The notes beneath the pieces are model-generated. The model was not told where the DNA came from. It searched no databases and worked only from the letters and a program-made list of their open reading frames with translations. Positions 1 to 11,500 of a stretch of DNA of 62,919 nt are shown piece by piece (position 1 is the stretch's first letter; each line of letters begins with the position of its first letter). The stretch spans positions 1-62,919 of IMG/VR virus record IMGVR_UViG_3300021962_000100; one strand, 5' to 3'. The DNA is from a virus (lineage: Duplodnaviria > Caudoviricetes). Both the position numbers and the translations under genes were made by a program.

Positions 1-2370
1 CTCACCTACACTATAATTGTGACCTGTCCATGAGGAACTTCCATTTGCTAGTTCAGTATTGTCAGGTGAATTACCAGAAAAATAATTCCATAAACCTTCA
101 ACTGCTCCAGTAAGAGCATAAGCACCCCCTCCAATAATAGCACCACCAATAGCACCTGGGACAGCACCAACACCTGCAAATACACTACCTGCGGCACCAC
201 CACCTGATGCACCACCCATGACAGAATTCATAAAACCACCCCATGACATACCATCATTGTTCAATACCTCATCAGGTTTGTATGCTCTAATATTTGCTTG
301 AAATTCTTCTGGTGTACTTACCATTTCATATCCAGGACCAAATAAAAATTCGGCATATTTAAAACCATCAGCTTTTAATCTATCACGTATTTCAGTAGCC
401 TGTTTCTTTTTATTTTCAAGATAAGCTTTTCTAAATGCTGCATAATCATCAAGCGTATGACTCATGTCTACAAGCTCTGCTATATCTGAATTATTTCTAA
501 TTTGTGGTAAGGCATTTTTCTTTTGAATAACTTCCATTAATCTTTTAGTCATTCTAGTAATTGCTTCTGGACTAAGATTATCTAAAGATCCTCTAGCTGC
601 AGCTAATAATTTTGCTTGAGCTTCATCTCCACCGGCTGTACCAGGTAACATAGATTCTCTTTCAAGATCTGTTGTATAAATACCCTCTTCAACAAGCATG
701 TTTCTAATCTTCTTATCAATAGGTTTTCCATTAGCTTTTTTGCCATCTTTTTCCAACCAGTTGATTAATGGATTCATATTAAATCCTGAGTAATCTTTAT
801 CAGATAATACACCAAGAAGTTCAGAATTAGAAATCACTCCTTCTTGATTTAATGCTTGAAGAACATTAATCATTTTTGTCTTAGCACCTTCAGCATCATT
901 TTTATAAATGTCATTGATAGTAGCACTTAATTTTTTAGGATCTGTTTGACCAGTTTTAGCCATTAAATCCATAACCGCCTGTACTTCAGCTAGTTCAGGT
1001 TTCATTTCAACCTTACCTGTTTCAGGATCTTTTTGATATAAACCAGATGCAAGTTTTTCTTGAGTGTCTAATTTATCCATATCAAGAAGATACTTATAAT
1101 ATGCTACATCTTTTTGTGCGGCAGCTCTTTGAGATATTAATGATGAATCATACAAATACTTTTGTTTTTGTACTGCAAATGGATTAGCATCATATTTTAA
1201 CTCATAGTCTAATTTAGAAAAGTCTCTAGCAGCTTTATCTAAATCACCCTGTAGGAATGTAGAAGCCATAACTGCATCTACTCTTGATCTTAATTCATTT
1301 GTATCATCTAATGACAATTTACTACCACCAGTACTTGTCATTGTCTTATTGATGTTATCTGTAATAAGATTTCTATCAGAATCATTCTGCTTAAGCATTT
1401 CCTCAATCTGAGCATTTGCTTCTTGGTATTTCTCTAATGTACTTTTTGTATTCTCAACATCCTCACCATTAGCAATTGATTTTTCTAACTTATCAATCAT
1501 TTTTTGATTTGTCTGTTGCTCACTAATTAAGTTAGTACGAGTTAATTCAGTTTGCTTTTGAAGCATTTTTAAAGCACTATTTAAATAAGTCTTTTCTGCT
1601 AACTCAGCACTTCCACCAAACTCTGGTGTATCTTTCTTAGCTGCTACATAGTTCTTTCTTTCTAAGTAAGCACGTGTAGCATAAAAGTCTTTTACCTTAG
1701 GGTCATTACCTAAAGCAGAATAAAATATACTTTGTAACTGTGGTATAATAGGATCACCATTTTGTTCTGTAATGATCCAATCTCCTTGTGGTGTTGTTCT
1801 TTTAACTTTGATTTTCATCTTAGTTGCTAACTCCATAGCAGCTTTTTCTACATTCACATATGGTGTATATTTTACATCACCAAAAGAAGCAAGTTGATCA
1901 TATGGGGTCTCTTTAAATTCTTGTACTCTATAATCAATTGCTTTTATACCTTCATCCCAATATTCTGAATTAACTTTTTCATCAGTAGAAATTCTTTTAC
2001 CTTCACCTAATGCTTTTTCAAAACCAACATTTTTAGTAAAGACCATATCTCTCATTAGGTTTTGATCTTCATAGAAAGGTCTAAAAAGTTGTGTAGCTTG
2101 TTGTACATTTTGTTCCAATGACAAATCCATGCCAGTGATTCTTTGCAAATCAAAGTCAATTCTCTTGATTGTATTATCTCTTCTTTTTATACTTTCATCA
2201 TGAGTCAATGGAGCATTTAAAAGCTGTCCATACATGCTATTTAACCTATTCCAGTTTTGGTCATATTGAGTTTGCTTTAACTGCAATACATTTGCAGTAA
2301 AGTTTAAATCAGGCTCATATGGCTGATAGTCTGGGATAAAAGTGTTGACTCCTTGTGGATATTGTGCCAT
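1..2370 (-). CDS. Large cargo/ejection-type virion protein, truncated at the window edge (not in ORF track)
   Basis: ATG at 2370 reads MAQYPQGVNTFIPDYQPYEPDLNFTANVLQLKQTQYDQNW... and the same frame at 76-255 gives a glycine-zipper segment, so it appears to run to base 1. It follows the other cargo genes. Confidence 0.75.
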   Translation of the reverse strand, partial: MAQYPQGVNTFIPDYQPYEPDLNFTANVLQLKQTQYDQNWNRLNSMYGQLLNAPLTHDESIKRRDNTIKRIDFDLQRITGMDLSLEQNVQQATQLFRPFYEDQNLMRDMVFTKNVGFEKALGEGKRISTDEKVNSEYWDEGIKAIDYRVQEFKETPYDQLASFGDVKYTPYVNVEKAAMELATKMKIKVKRTTPQGDWIITEQNGDPIIPQLQSIFYSALGNDPKVKDFYATRAYLERKNYVAAKKDTPEFGGSAELAEKTYLNSALKMLQKQTELTRTNLISEQQTNQKMIDKLEKSIANGEDVENTKSTLEKYQEANAQIEEMLKQNDSDRNLITDNINKTMTSTGGSKLSLDDTNELRSRVDAVMASTFLQGDLDKAARDFSKLDYELKYDANPFAVQKQKYLYDSSLISQRAAAQKDVAYYKYLLDMDKLDTQEKLASGLYQKDPETGKVEMKPELAEVQAVMDLMAKTGQTDPKKLSATINDIYKNDAEGAKTKMINVLQALNQEGVISNSELLGVLSDKDYSGFNMNPLINWLEKDGKKANGKPIDKKIRNMLVEEGIYTTDLERESMLPGTAGGDEAQAKLLAAARGSLDNLSPEAITRMTKRLMEVIQKKNALPQIRNNSDIAELVDMSHTLDDYAAFRKAYLENKKKQATEIRDRLKADGFKYAEFLFGPGYEMVSTPEEFQANIRAYKPDEVLNNDGMSWGGFMNSVMGGASGGGAAGSVFAGVGAVPGAIGGAIIGGGAYALTGAVEGLWNYFSGNSPDNTELANGSSSWTGHNYSVGE

Positions 2371-2428
2371 AATATTTTTTATATTATAAAACTATCAAAA
2401 TTTTTTAAGTTTATTAAACCTATAATGT

Positions 2429-4846
2429 TTAGAGGATGAATGGATAGGTAGTAGTTCCAAAAACATACCCTCCATCTGCAAATGGCTCACCACCATATTG
2501 ACTCTTGATTCTAGCTTCTTTGTAAGCCATATCAAATGCTTTTTGATAGTCACCAGTTTTAGCTAAGTAATATTGAATTCTATCCTCTAATGTTTGACCA
2601 TTAGCACCAGTTAATGGTTTTTCTATACCAGTAGGTGTAACAAATCCATAATCATACTCTGACATATACTGTGGAGTAGTAACATTCATGTTTTGTCTGC
2701 GACCCATTTCTAAATCAGCATCCATAGCGGCACCAAAAGTACCAAACGTTCTTCTATTAACATTAGCTGTTCTTTGATCTTTACGTCCTTTTTGAGAGTC
2801 TAAAGCTTGATTAAGTAACTGTGTTCTAGCAAGCATATTAGAATTATTAATAGCTGCTTGCTGTGCATTTGTTTCTCTTTGTCTATCAACGTTTCTAGAT
2901 TGCACTCCAGCAACAGCATCCATACTAGCTCTTAAACTTTTACCAAGCATGTCTTTTAACATAGCTTGTTTTTTACCAGAAGAACCAGAAGTACCAGACA
3001 TAATTGAATCAGCAACTTGATTAAAGAGAGCATTAGCTTGATCAGTTTTAGTTTGATATTCCTCATATGCACCTGGTAATTGCGCACTACCAGGAAGTAC
3101 CACATTTGATGCAGCAGGATTAACTTGCATAAGAGCATTTCTCATGACATTTTTTTGAGCAGCTTTACTCCAATGAGGCATAGGTTGCATCATTGCTTTT
3201 TGCACCTTACCTCTTTTACCATTACAGTTACATTCTTCCATGTTAGTAACAGGGAATCTTTTAACTTCTCCAGTAACAGGATCTTCACAAACACATTCTA
3301 ATTCTTCAGTAGTACTTTGACATGACGGATCCATAGGTTGACAAACTCCATTTGCATCTTTTGGTGCAGGTTTTGTATTACCATTTGCATCTTTATAAAC
3401 AGATCCATCTGCATTTTGACAAAGACATGGAGTTTCTTCTGGCTCTTCATTTTCTAAATAAACAGCTTTTTCATTAAATGTTTCTTGAACCTCTTTTGTA
3501 TTACATCTATCAAAAATTGCTTTAGATGCAGCACCAGGTGCCATATGAGTACGTCTACTTCCTGTTTTTTGAAATGCAACTTCAGGATCTGTTAGTTCTT
3601 CATATGTTGCTCCATTTTTAATCATATTACAAATAGCATCTTCCCAACCTGAACTAGGTCTTCCACCTCCTACAGCACCTCTTGCAGGAACTCTTTCACG
3701 ACCTTGTTGATACCAACCTTGCGCATTTGGTCCAGCACCGCTAACTGTACCTGAGTTCCAACCTGCTCCGGGATTTGCTTGTACTTTAGTAGCTTTGATA
3801 TTATTTACAGTAACTTCACTATCACCTGGTCCACCAAATTTAGGCATACCACCCATAGCCATTTCTGGATTGTAAGGGAAATCATACCCACCCATTTCCA
3901 TACCGTAGCCTGCATAAGCAGCACCTCCATATGCCATCATACCTTGTTGCATCATTTCTGGAGGAGGCATAGAACCTTGTGGTACCATTTGATCCATGCC
4001 TTGTTCTGGCATAGCTACAGGAGCTCCACTAGGCATTTGTTGCGGATAAGCAGGTTGACCTTGACTTTCATTCATCATCATTTGCTGATCCTGCATAGCT
4101 TGTTCAGGAGCCATCTGTTGCATTTCTTGTGCCATCATAGGATTTTGTTCCTGTGGCATTTGAGGATTTACACCAGGATTGGCAGATTGTGCAAGTGCAT
4201 CAGCTTGAGCTTTTAGTTCTGGCATTAAATCTTCTTCAGAAATTCCATTTGCTTCCATGTATGGTTTTGCCATAGAAGGAACACCTTGTGGAAATCCTTT
4301 CATTGATTCTTGTACAAGAGCTAAAGCACCAAGCTTCATGATGTAATTCTTAATCATGATAGTAGCAGTATTTCTTTCTAACTTGCTAGTATCAGGATCT
4401 AATAGAATTGACTTATATTTATTGATGTTATATGGCTTTGCAAGTTCTGCTGGAGTATATCCGCCTTTCTTTGGGGTTTTATTAAACATTGCAAGTACTG
4501 CAGGATCATTTATTCTTAATGAAGATGTATCACTAAAAATAAAAGTATCATCAGGTAAGTTTAATGGAACGCCACCTTCATGGTGTCTTTTACCTTTGAT
4601 CTTAACATGATCTGGAATTGATTGTCCACTAATAGGACCAAATGCAGTTTCTCCACCTTCAGCTTCTAGGTTAGCTTCATCTCTTGGTACTGCAGAGATA
4701 CTATCTTTTACACCTTTATAAAAGGTTTTATCAGATGCTGTATAATCTGCGCCACCAAAAGCTCCAGGATTTAATGATAATGACCCATCCACCTGCTTAC
4801 CGTAAGCAGCTTTTTCTAATGGCATTTTTGTAATTCTAACTCTCAT
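2429..4846 (-). CDS. Putative virion cargo protein (EAEGGE...HHEGG domain, Met/Gln/Pro low-complexity linker, multiple xxGG motifs)
   Basis: 805-aa ORF in the cargo cluster downstream of the tail stabiliser gene. Confidence 0.6.
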   Translation of the reverse strand: MRVRITKMPLEKAAYGKQVDGSLSLNPGAFGGADYTASDKTFYKGVKDSISAVPRDEANLEAEGGETAFGPISGQSIPDHVKIKGKRHHEGGVPLNLPDDTFIFSDTSSLRINDPAVLAMFNKTPKKGGYTPAELAKPYNINKYKSILLDPDTSKLERNTATIMIKNYIMKLGALALVQESMKGFPQGVPSMAKPYMEANGISEEDLMPELKAQADALAQSANPGVNPQMPQEQNPMMAQEMQQMAPEQAMQDQQMMMNESQGQPAYPQQMPSGAPVAMPEQGMDQMVPQGSMPPPEMMQQGMMAYGGAAYAGYGMEMGGYDFPYNPEMAMGGMPKFGGPGDSEVTVNNIKATKVQANPGAGWNSGTVSGAGPNAQGWYQQGRERVPARGAVGGGRPSSGWEDAICNMIKNGATYEELTDPEVAFQKTGSRRTHMAPGAASKAIFDRCNTKEVQETFNEKAVYLENEEPEETPCLCQNADGSVYKDANGNTKPAPKDANGVCQPMDPSCQSTTEELECVCEDPVTGEVKRFPVTNMEECNCNGKRGKVQKAMMQPMPHWSKAAQKNVMRNALMQVNPAASNVVLPGSAQLPGAYEEYQTKTDQANALFNQVADSIMSGTSGSSGKKQAMLKDMLGKSLRASMDAVAGVQSRNVDRQRETNAQQAAINNSNMLARTQLLNQALDSQKGRKDQRTANVNRRTFGTFGAAMDADLEMGRRQNMNVTTPQYMSEYDYGFVTPTGIEKPLTGANGQTLEDRIQYYLAKTGDYQKAFDMAYKEARIKSQYGGEPFADGGYVFGTTTYPFIL

Positions 4847-4855
4847 TTTGTAAAG

Positions 4856-7800
4856 TTATATAAATTCTATTTGACCTCCAGCGGCAAGGATTCTACCAAT
4901 CTCTTCTTGTGTAAGATCATACTCTCCACCTTTTTGATATCCTAATTGACCCCCTCTTTTTACAAAGGCTGCATTACCTACTACAGAATTGAAACCAGTT
5001 GAACCTCTACCTTGTCCTTTAGACATGATTCTTTGATTCAAACCACTATAGCCACCTCTATAATCTAACTCATTTACAGGTTCTCTATTGTCTGCACTAG
5101 TTCTTGCATTAAGATAATCATCATTATATATGTTATCAATAGTTCTTGCACCAGACTGGATAGCTGATCCTGCTAATTGTTTACTGTTTAATATTCCATC
5201 AGGATTTAAAGTTCTTGCAGTATTGATATCATATGTAACTGAAAAATCTTGTGGTGCTATTGTGCTTGAATTATAGTTAGGGTTATAACAAGGACTGTTA
5301 GGATCCATAACATCTTTTTCTTCACATGGTCCCATTGCTTGACCATTTGTATTTTGATTTGGATCAAATGGACCTGTACCGCTAAATTGACCACCTGGAT
5401 CAAATGTAGGTATATAACCTCCAAACTCAAGCATCATAGGATTTCTCTGCATTGACTGCTGATTAATCTTTTCTTGCTCAGATCTTTGTTGCATCTCCTC
5501 TATACCTTGCAATCTTTGACTGCGAGTATTTAAAATATTATTTAAGCCTTCATCAATTTGACCTTGCTCAGTACTATTCTGTAAAATCTGATCTAATGAT
5601 TTTTGCTCATCTGCATTAAGGTCAGAGCGTACATCTCCCCAATTAGATTCAAGATAGTCTCTATTTGATTGTGTGCTTCTATTTGCTTTTACTTTTGCCA
5701 TATAATCAGCATCAGACATAGGGGCAGTTTGACCTTCTTGAGCAGGACCTTCATAGAAAGCATTAGGATCTTGACGCATCAATCTTCTATTGTTTCTATT
5801 CATTGCTCTTTCACCTGCTCTAATAGAAACTCTAGATTCATCTTCTAAACCTTTAACATTACTTCTTTGCTTTTCAGGAGCTTCAATACCACCTATTTGA
5901 TTATTATCATTTTGTAAGTAGTCTGGTATTTTATCAGTATTCTCATCAGCTTTAAAGGTAGGATTCGTATTATTATTTGTTGTAGTTCCAGTAGCATTAG
6001 GATTATTAGGATCTACCCATCTTCCAGTTAAAGTCATAGTTTTTTTACCTGACCACCATGGACCTTTCTCATATTTATAATCATACATGTATCCTGCTTT
6101 TCCAGGTTCAGCTGGTCCAGTAAGTCCTGGCATTTGACCAGAAGGCATTTGTAAGGGTTTACCATCAGCTGTAGTTGCAGGTCCTTGTTGTGACATCCAC
6201 ATAAAGTCATAGTTCTTTCCAGTATTAGGATTCATCTTAAATGGAGAAAACATATTTCCAAGTTGTTGTTTCAAACTTGGTGCCGTTGGATATGGTGAAT
6301 AACCACCACGTCCATCAGGATATACTTGTTGCTGTGTTTGTTGACCTTGTTGTTGTGTTGTAGTTTGTCCAGAAGGTGCTGTAGCATATGGTTTAGATGG
6401 GTTATAGGATTCAGTAATTACCCCTCTATTTTTTAAATCTAAATATGCTTGATAGTTATCTCCACTTGTTATGTTTTGATTGTATTGTTGGAATGCTGGT
6501 GATTGAAATGCTGGATCAACTTTATTATTAGCTGGATCCATTTTGCTAGAATCAACAACATAACCTGGCTCAGCTTTTATTAATCCACCTCTTCTATACA
6601 TAAAGGGATCATTTACATCCTTAGATTGAATATCATTGTTATCATATTCTACTATAGGACTGATAGACATTTCATCTCCACCATATACAAATTTTTGTAG
6701 GTTACCCATTTGATCCATTTGCGGATTAGTAACTGGACCTCCAAAAGCTTGTGTTGGTAAATTAGGATCTGGAAAGAACTGATCTTCTAATTGACTTTGC
6801 ATTGAAGCATTTTGCCAATTATTGTACAACTCAGCATTTCTTGCATTCCATTCTGGATTTGCAGAACCTGAAAGTGAGGAGTACTGATTACCTTGTGCGT
6901 CAGTTGTTAAATAACTTCCACTATTTATAAGTACTAATTCTTCAGGTGTTAATTCCTCGTTATTAAGTAATTTTTGATTGATTCTATTAAATTCTGCTTG
7001 ATCAACCGGACTACTCCATACTTTATCTTCCATGACTCCTGTTGATGGATCATCTGGTATCATTGACTGAACATAAGGTAATGTATTAAAAAATGCATCC
7101 TGTTCATTTTGTGCAGCTTCCGCTCTTGCTTTTGCTGTTGACGTTTGCCAATTACCAGCTGTAGAAAATACAAATGGTTCAATAACACAACCATTTTCAT
7201 CACACTGTTCTTCTTCAGATACAGCAGGATTATTATTTAATGGAACGTTGTTAGATTTAGTAGGATCTGCCGCAGAATTTATTGTAGCAGCTTGTTTTTT
7301 AACAATCTTGCCAGGAAAACTATAAGATTCTTCTGAATAACTATATGGTCCATAAGTTGTACCATATCCCATACCTGGCATTACTCCAGATCCCATACCC
7401 ATAAGCATTTGAGCAGGAATACCTTTAGCACTCCATTCTCTTTTACCTGTCCACCACGGTCCTTTTTTATATTCAAAATCTACAAAAGGACCTGTTTGAC
7501 CTTCTGTGGATTGATTAGTATTAGCAGATGAACTTGCAGGCATTTGTGGAGAAATAATTTGTAGATAATTAGGAAGTCCTGGAACACCCATATATCCTGC
7601 AGCAATATCTCCAAAAGCTTTTTGCCAATCCTTATTGGCTTGATTCATTTGTCTTTGTTCTCTTCCTCTTTTAGCCTGAGGTATTTCAAAACCTGCTCCA
7701 TGAACATCATTCATTGGCTGTTGAAATATATTTGATGTAGATCCAGTATATGCCTGTAAGTGATGCATTGGATTTTCTGTATCCATCTCCATACCTAGTT

Positions 7801-8503
7801 GAGCCATTGGAAAACCTGGTTGTTGTTGAGGTTGTGGTTGATTAGTCTTATCATATATTTCTTTAGCATAATATTCATTACCTAAATCTTTAATACCACG
7901 TCTAAAGTTATTTACTAAACTTTGTCTACCATTAATAGGTGTATCAGTTATACTAGCAGAATTTACATTATCCTGTTGCATTCCGTCCGCAGCTTTCTTA
8001 AGACCTCTTACTACAGTTTTAACAAATTTCTTTTTACTGATTGATCCTCCTTTTTTCATTTCTTCTGAGTCTTCTAGATTATCTTCATTAAAAGCAAGTT
8101 CATCACCCCAACCTTCGGCATCTTCTTCTGTTTCTTCAGATACCCATGGTTCATTAATGGTGTATAATGGCGGTGTTACTGGTTCTTCAGTTGTCTCATC
8201 TTCAATAACTTGCTCATCTTTGAAAGGTATTTGAGTATCTTGTTTATACAACATACTTACTACCTCATCAATTTTATCCATTGCATCATAATAACTTAAG
8301 CCATAAGTGTCTTGTAATACTGATGCAATATTGTCAGCATCCGGATCTAGAGTTAATTCATCAAGAATAGTATCAACTATATCTTGTTGCCCTCCACCAG
8401 TTTGCATACCATATTGTGCTTTCTGTAAGAATTTTGCAGTTTTATTTATATAAGTCCCTTGATTATTAGGATCTTTATAAATTCTTACCTTTACTTTTTT
8501 CAT
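4856..8503 (-). CDS. Putative virion cargo protein, largely low-complexity, with many xxGG/KAxxG motifs and a C-terminal DLT tag
   Basis: 1215-aa Q/N/P/G-rich ORF with an internal KGPWWxGK repeat. Confidence 0.6.
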   Translation of the reverse strand: MKKVKVRIYKDPNNQGTYINKTAKFLQKAQYGMQTGGGQQDIVDTILDELTLDPDADNIASVLQDTYGLSYYDAMDKIDEVVSMLYKQDTQIPFKDEQVIEDETTEEPVTPPLYTINEPWVSEETEEDAEGWGDELAFNEDNLEDSEEMKKGGSISKKKFVKTVVRGLKKAADGMQQDNVNSASITDTPINGRQSLVNNFRRGIKDLGNEYYAKEIYDKTNQPQPQQQPGFPMAQLGMEMDTENPMHHLQAYTGSTSNIFQQPMNDVHGAGFEIPQAKRGREQRQMNQANKDWQKAFGDIAAGYMGVPGLPNYLQIISPQMPASSSANTNQSTEGQTGPFVDFEYKKGPWWTGKREWSAKGIPAQMLMGMGSGVMPGMGYGTTYGPYSYSEESYSFPGKIVKKQAATINSAADPTKSNNVPLNNNPAVSEEEQCDENGCVIEPFVFSTAGNWQTSTAKARAEAAQNEQDAFFNTLPYVQSMIPDDPSTGVMEDKVWSSPVDQAEFNRINQKLLNNEELTPEELVLINSGSYLTTDAQGNQYSSLSGSANPEWNARNAELYNNWQNASMQSQLEDQFFPDPNLPTQAFGGPVTNPQMDQMGNLQKFVYGGDEMSISPIVEYDNNDIQSKDVNDPFMYRRGGLIKAEPGYVVDSSKMDPANNKVDPAFQSPAFQQYNQNITSGDNYQAYLDLKNRGVITESYNPSKPYATAPSGQTTTQQQGQQTQQQVYPDGRGGYSPYPTAPSLKQQLGNMFSPFKMNPNTGKNYDFMWMSQQGPATTADGKPLQMPSGQMPGLTGPAEPGKAGYMYDYKYEKGPWWSGKKTMTLTGRWVDPNNPNATGTTTNNNTNPTFKADENTDKIPDYLQNDNNQIGGIEAPEKQRSNVKGLEDESRVSIRAGERAMNRNNRRLMRQDPNAFYEGPAQEGQTAPMSDADYMAKVKANRSTQSNRDYLESNWGDVRSDLNADEQKSLDQILQNSTEQGQIDEGLNNILNTRSQRLQGIEEMQQRSEQEKINQQSMQRNPMMLEFGGYIPTFDPGGQFSGTGPFDPNQNTNGQAMGPCEEKDVMDPNSPCYNPNYNSSTIAPQDFSVTYDINTARTLNPDGILNSKQLAGSAIQSGARTIDNIYNDDYLNARTSADNREPVNELDYRGGYSGLNQRIMSKGQGRGSTGFNSVVGNAAFVKRGGQLGYQKGGEYDLTQEEIGRILAAGGQIEFI

Positions 8504-8521
8504 AAAACTAGTTCTATATAT

Positions 8522-8533
8522 TAATATACTAAA
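8522..8533 (-). promoter_or_regulatory. Putative late promoter element (GTATATTA class)
   Basis: Plus-strand TAATATAC 18 nt upstream of the ATG at 8503. The same motif precedes several other minus-strand genes. Confidence 0.5.
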
Positions 8534-8562
8534 TTTTAGTTTAACCGATAAACCTAATAAGT

Positions 8563-11500
8563 TTACTGTTCCTCAACTATATAACCTTTTGCAACATACT
8601 CTTGTATCTGTTTAGGAGTTAATTCCATTTCAATTATACCACCTTCTTTAAATCTTTTTGGAGGTGGTTTTAAATGTGGATTTTTAAGTAACATTCCTTC
8701 ACCCACTGTATGATGAGACTGTATTCCAGTACCATCTGGCCAAGTAAAACCTTTTAAGCTTCCTTTTGATTTAAAATACTTCTTAACGTAAGCTCTTTCT
8801 TTCTTAGATAATTCATCTGTTTGGAATACAGTATCAACTCCTTCTTTAGGTCCTTTGGTAACTCTATCGTATACTGTATCATAAGTTATTTTCCCAAGAA
8901 GTCCAAGTGTTGGGACAGCCAATATAAGAGGTACAATGACCTGTCTAAAACTTTTTATTTGATTTGCTTGCTGTAAATATTCTCTTTCAAGTTCATTATA
9001 CTCATTGACCTGCTTATGATAAAAATCTAATTGTGCTTGAATTTCATCATATTCTTTTTTTAATTCAGGGTTTCTTTTACCAGCAAGTCTTTCAGCTTTT
9101 TCATCAACAAGTTTATCTAAGTTTCTCATTAGCTGCTGCAATGAATCAGATCTTTCTCTAAGTTTTTGCAATCCTCCATTAATCATATTTTCAATTCTCT
9201 TATAGTCCTGAAAAGTTTTGATTAAATCTGAATCTATTTGACCAGAGGGTAAACTGTTTGCTAAGCTTTCAAAATTATAACGCCTTGTTAAAAGTGATTT
9301 TGGTTTTAAAGCAGTGTTAAGAATTGAGTATTGTAATAAGTCTTTAGCTTCATTAAAGTCACCTAAAATAGATGAGTAATATGAAGTTCCATAAGTATCT
9401 CCTTCAACTATTGATGCAGATCTTACACCAAGTCTTTCAGTTATTTCATTATATATCTTTTGTATATTTTTTTTGCTGGCATCACTCATTGCCATTTTTC
9501 CTAAAATACTGTTAGATAACAAGTCACCTGTTTTATTAATTGATGACATTGCTTCCTCATTATAAAGAGGACCACTATGATGCTTAATAATATCTGTAAC
9601 AATTTCTTTTTGTTCAGGAGTAAATACTCCACCACCGGATGTTGCAAATTTTACACTATTAACATATTCAACTGGATTAGTTGCATTAACATTTAATCCA
9701 TATTGCATTTGACCTAATATATTTCCTTGATGGTTTGGATTACCAAGTTTAACAGTATTTAAACCAAAACCTCTTAAAGTTCCTCCACCTTGTGTAATAT
9801 CCCATTTTTTAAATGAGTTCTCTAAATCTTCTATTGTTCCTCTATGTGATACTTGTCTATTGTGTACAGAATTATTTATATAAAAGTCATTTAAAGCAAG
9901 TTGCATTCTTTCAGGATTTTGTGCAACAGATTCTATATCTCCAATAAAATCCATTAATCTTAATGCTTCAATATTTGCATTAACGTCAGATAATGCCTCA
10001 GTAGATAACTGTGGTCCTATTGATCCTTTAGATCCTACTAAACTTTGTACATAAGTTTCTTGAGCTTTTTTAACAGTATTAACATTCCCATAATTTATAT
10101 AAGTGTCAATTCTATTAACATGTTTACTTTTACTTGATTCATACGCGTCTACAATTGTTTTAATTGCAGGATCAATTTTATCCATGAATTCTTTTGCAGA
10201 AATATTAATTTCTAAACCTAGCATTTCAGGATCAACTAAACTTGTTTTCATTAGGTTTATAAAACTTCCGGTTGAATTGGGATGTTTTTCTTTAATTTTA
10301 TTACCTAACCTTTCAATGGCTTTCTTTTGTTGAGCATAATATTCATCTGGAAAAAATTGTCTAAATAATTCTAATTCAATAGATCTTTTTTCTCCAGTTA
10401 ATGGATTAGAAGTCCAATTGACTTTTACTGTACCATTTGGATTAGTATGAATTATATTAAAATCAATATTGCCTTCCTCACCTGGAATACCAATATTATG
10501 AACTTTAGCAGGTCCTTTATCTAGTACATGCTGTAAAGTATTTTTTACTTTGTTATCATAATCTTTATCTAAAATAAGTACATCTACATCTCCAGTTAAA
10601 TGTGGTAAACCCCCTTCTGTAACACCAACCGCTGAACCATAAACTTTACCTCCAGTAAGTTGTTCAACATGTTTTATATTATCATTTAATGTTGTTAAGT
10701 ATTCTGGTGATACGACTGGATTACTGTTACCTTCATGGATATATTCTAGTTTTTTATCTTTAGGACTAATAACCATAGATTTAGATGGCATTTCAACTAA
10801 AGCTTGTACAGGTTTACCAGTTTTAAATGAAGTAATTTGACCTTCTCCTTTTGTGATTGCTTCGGATAAAGGAGAACCTTTTTCAATTTTTAAACCTTTA
10901 TCTGTTATTTGAATATTTGGAATATTTCTTTCAAGACGCGCAATCTCTCCTTGTTTTTTAAAACTATCTAGTAACTGTCGTGAATCTATTCCTGTACGTT
11001 CTAAAGCATGTGGTAAAATATTTTTTACTTTATCAACTTCTGCAAGATATTGATTTGAAACACCAATTGCTTTATGAGTTTGATCTATGTATTGATTATA
11101 AGCATTACGAGATATTTGATTAGATTCCTCAGCTAATTTTCTTAAAGCTTTATCTCTGAATGTAATTGCTTTTGCTGTATTTTTTGAGAAATTTTTTAAT
11201 CCTCTTTTACCCTTTCCAATAGCACCAATTAATAAACTTAAACCAGCTTCATTTACATTTGGGTTCTCCTCATCTAAGAAAGCATCAGCCATACCAACAG
11301 CAGATAATACAGTAGGAAGGTTGTTTAATACCTTACTCATTATATTAAAGTTCTGTGGTTTATCTTTTACAATATCATATAGTCTTAATGGGAATTTTTC
11401 TCCTGTAGTTTTTCTATAGTCTTTGTAACGATCCTTAAGCATTTTAGGAGTTATCTTATCATAAGCATTTTTGATAATACCCTGCTGTAATAGATCCTCT

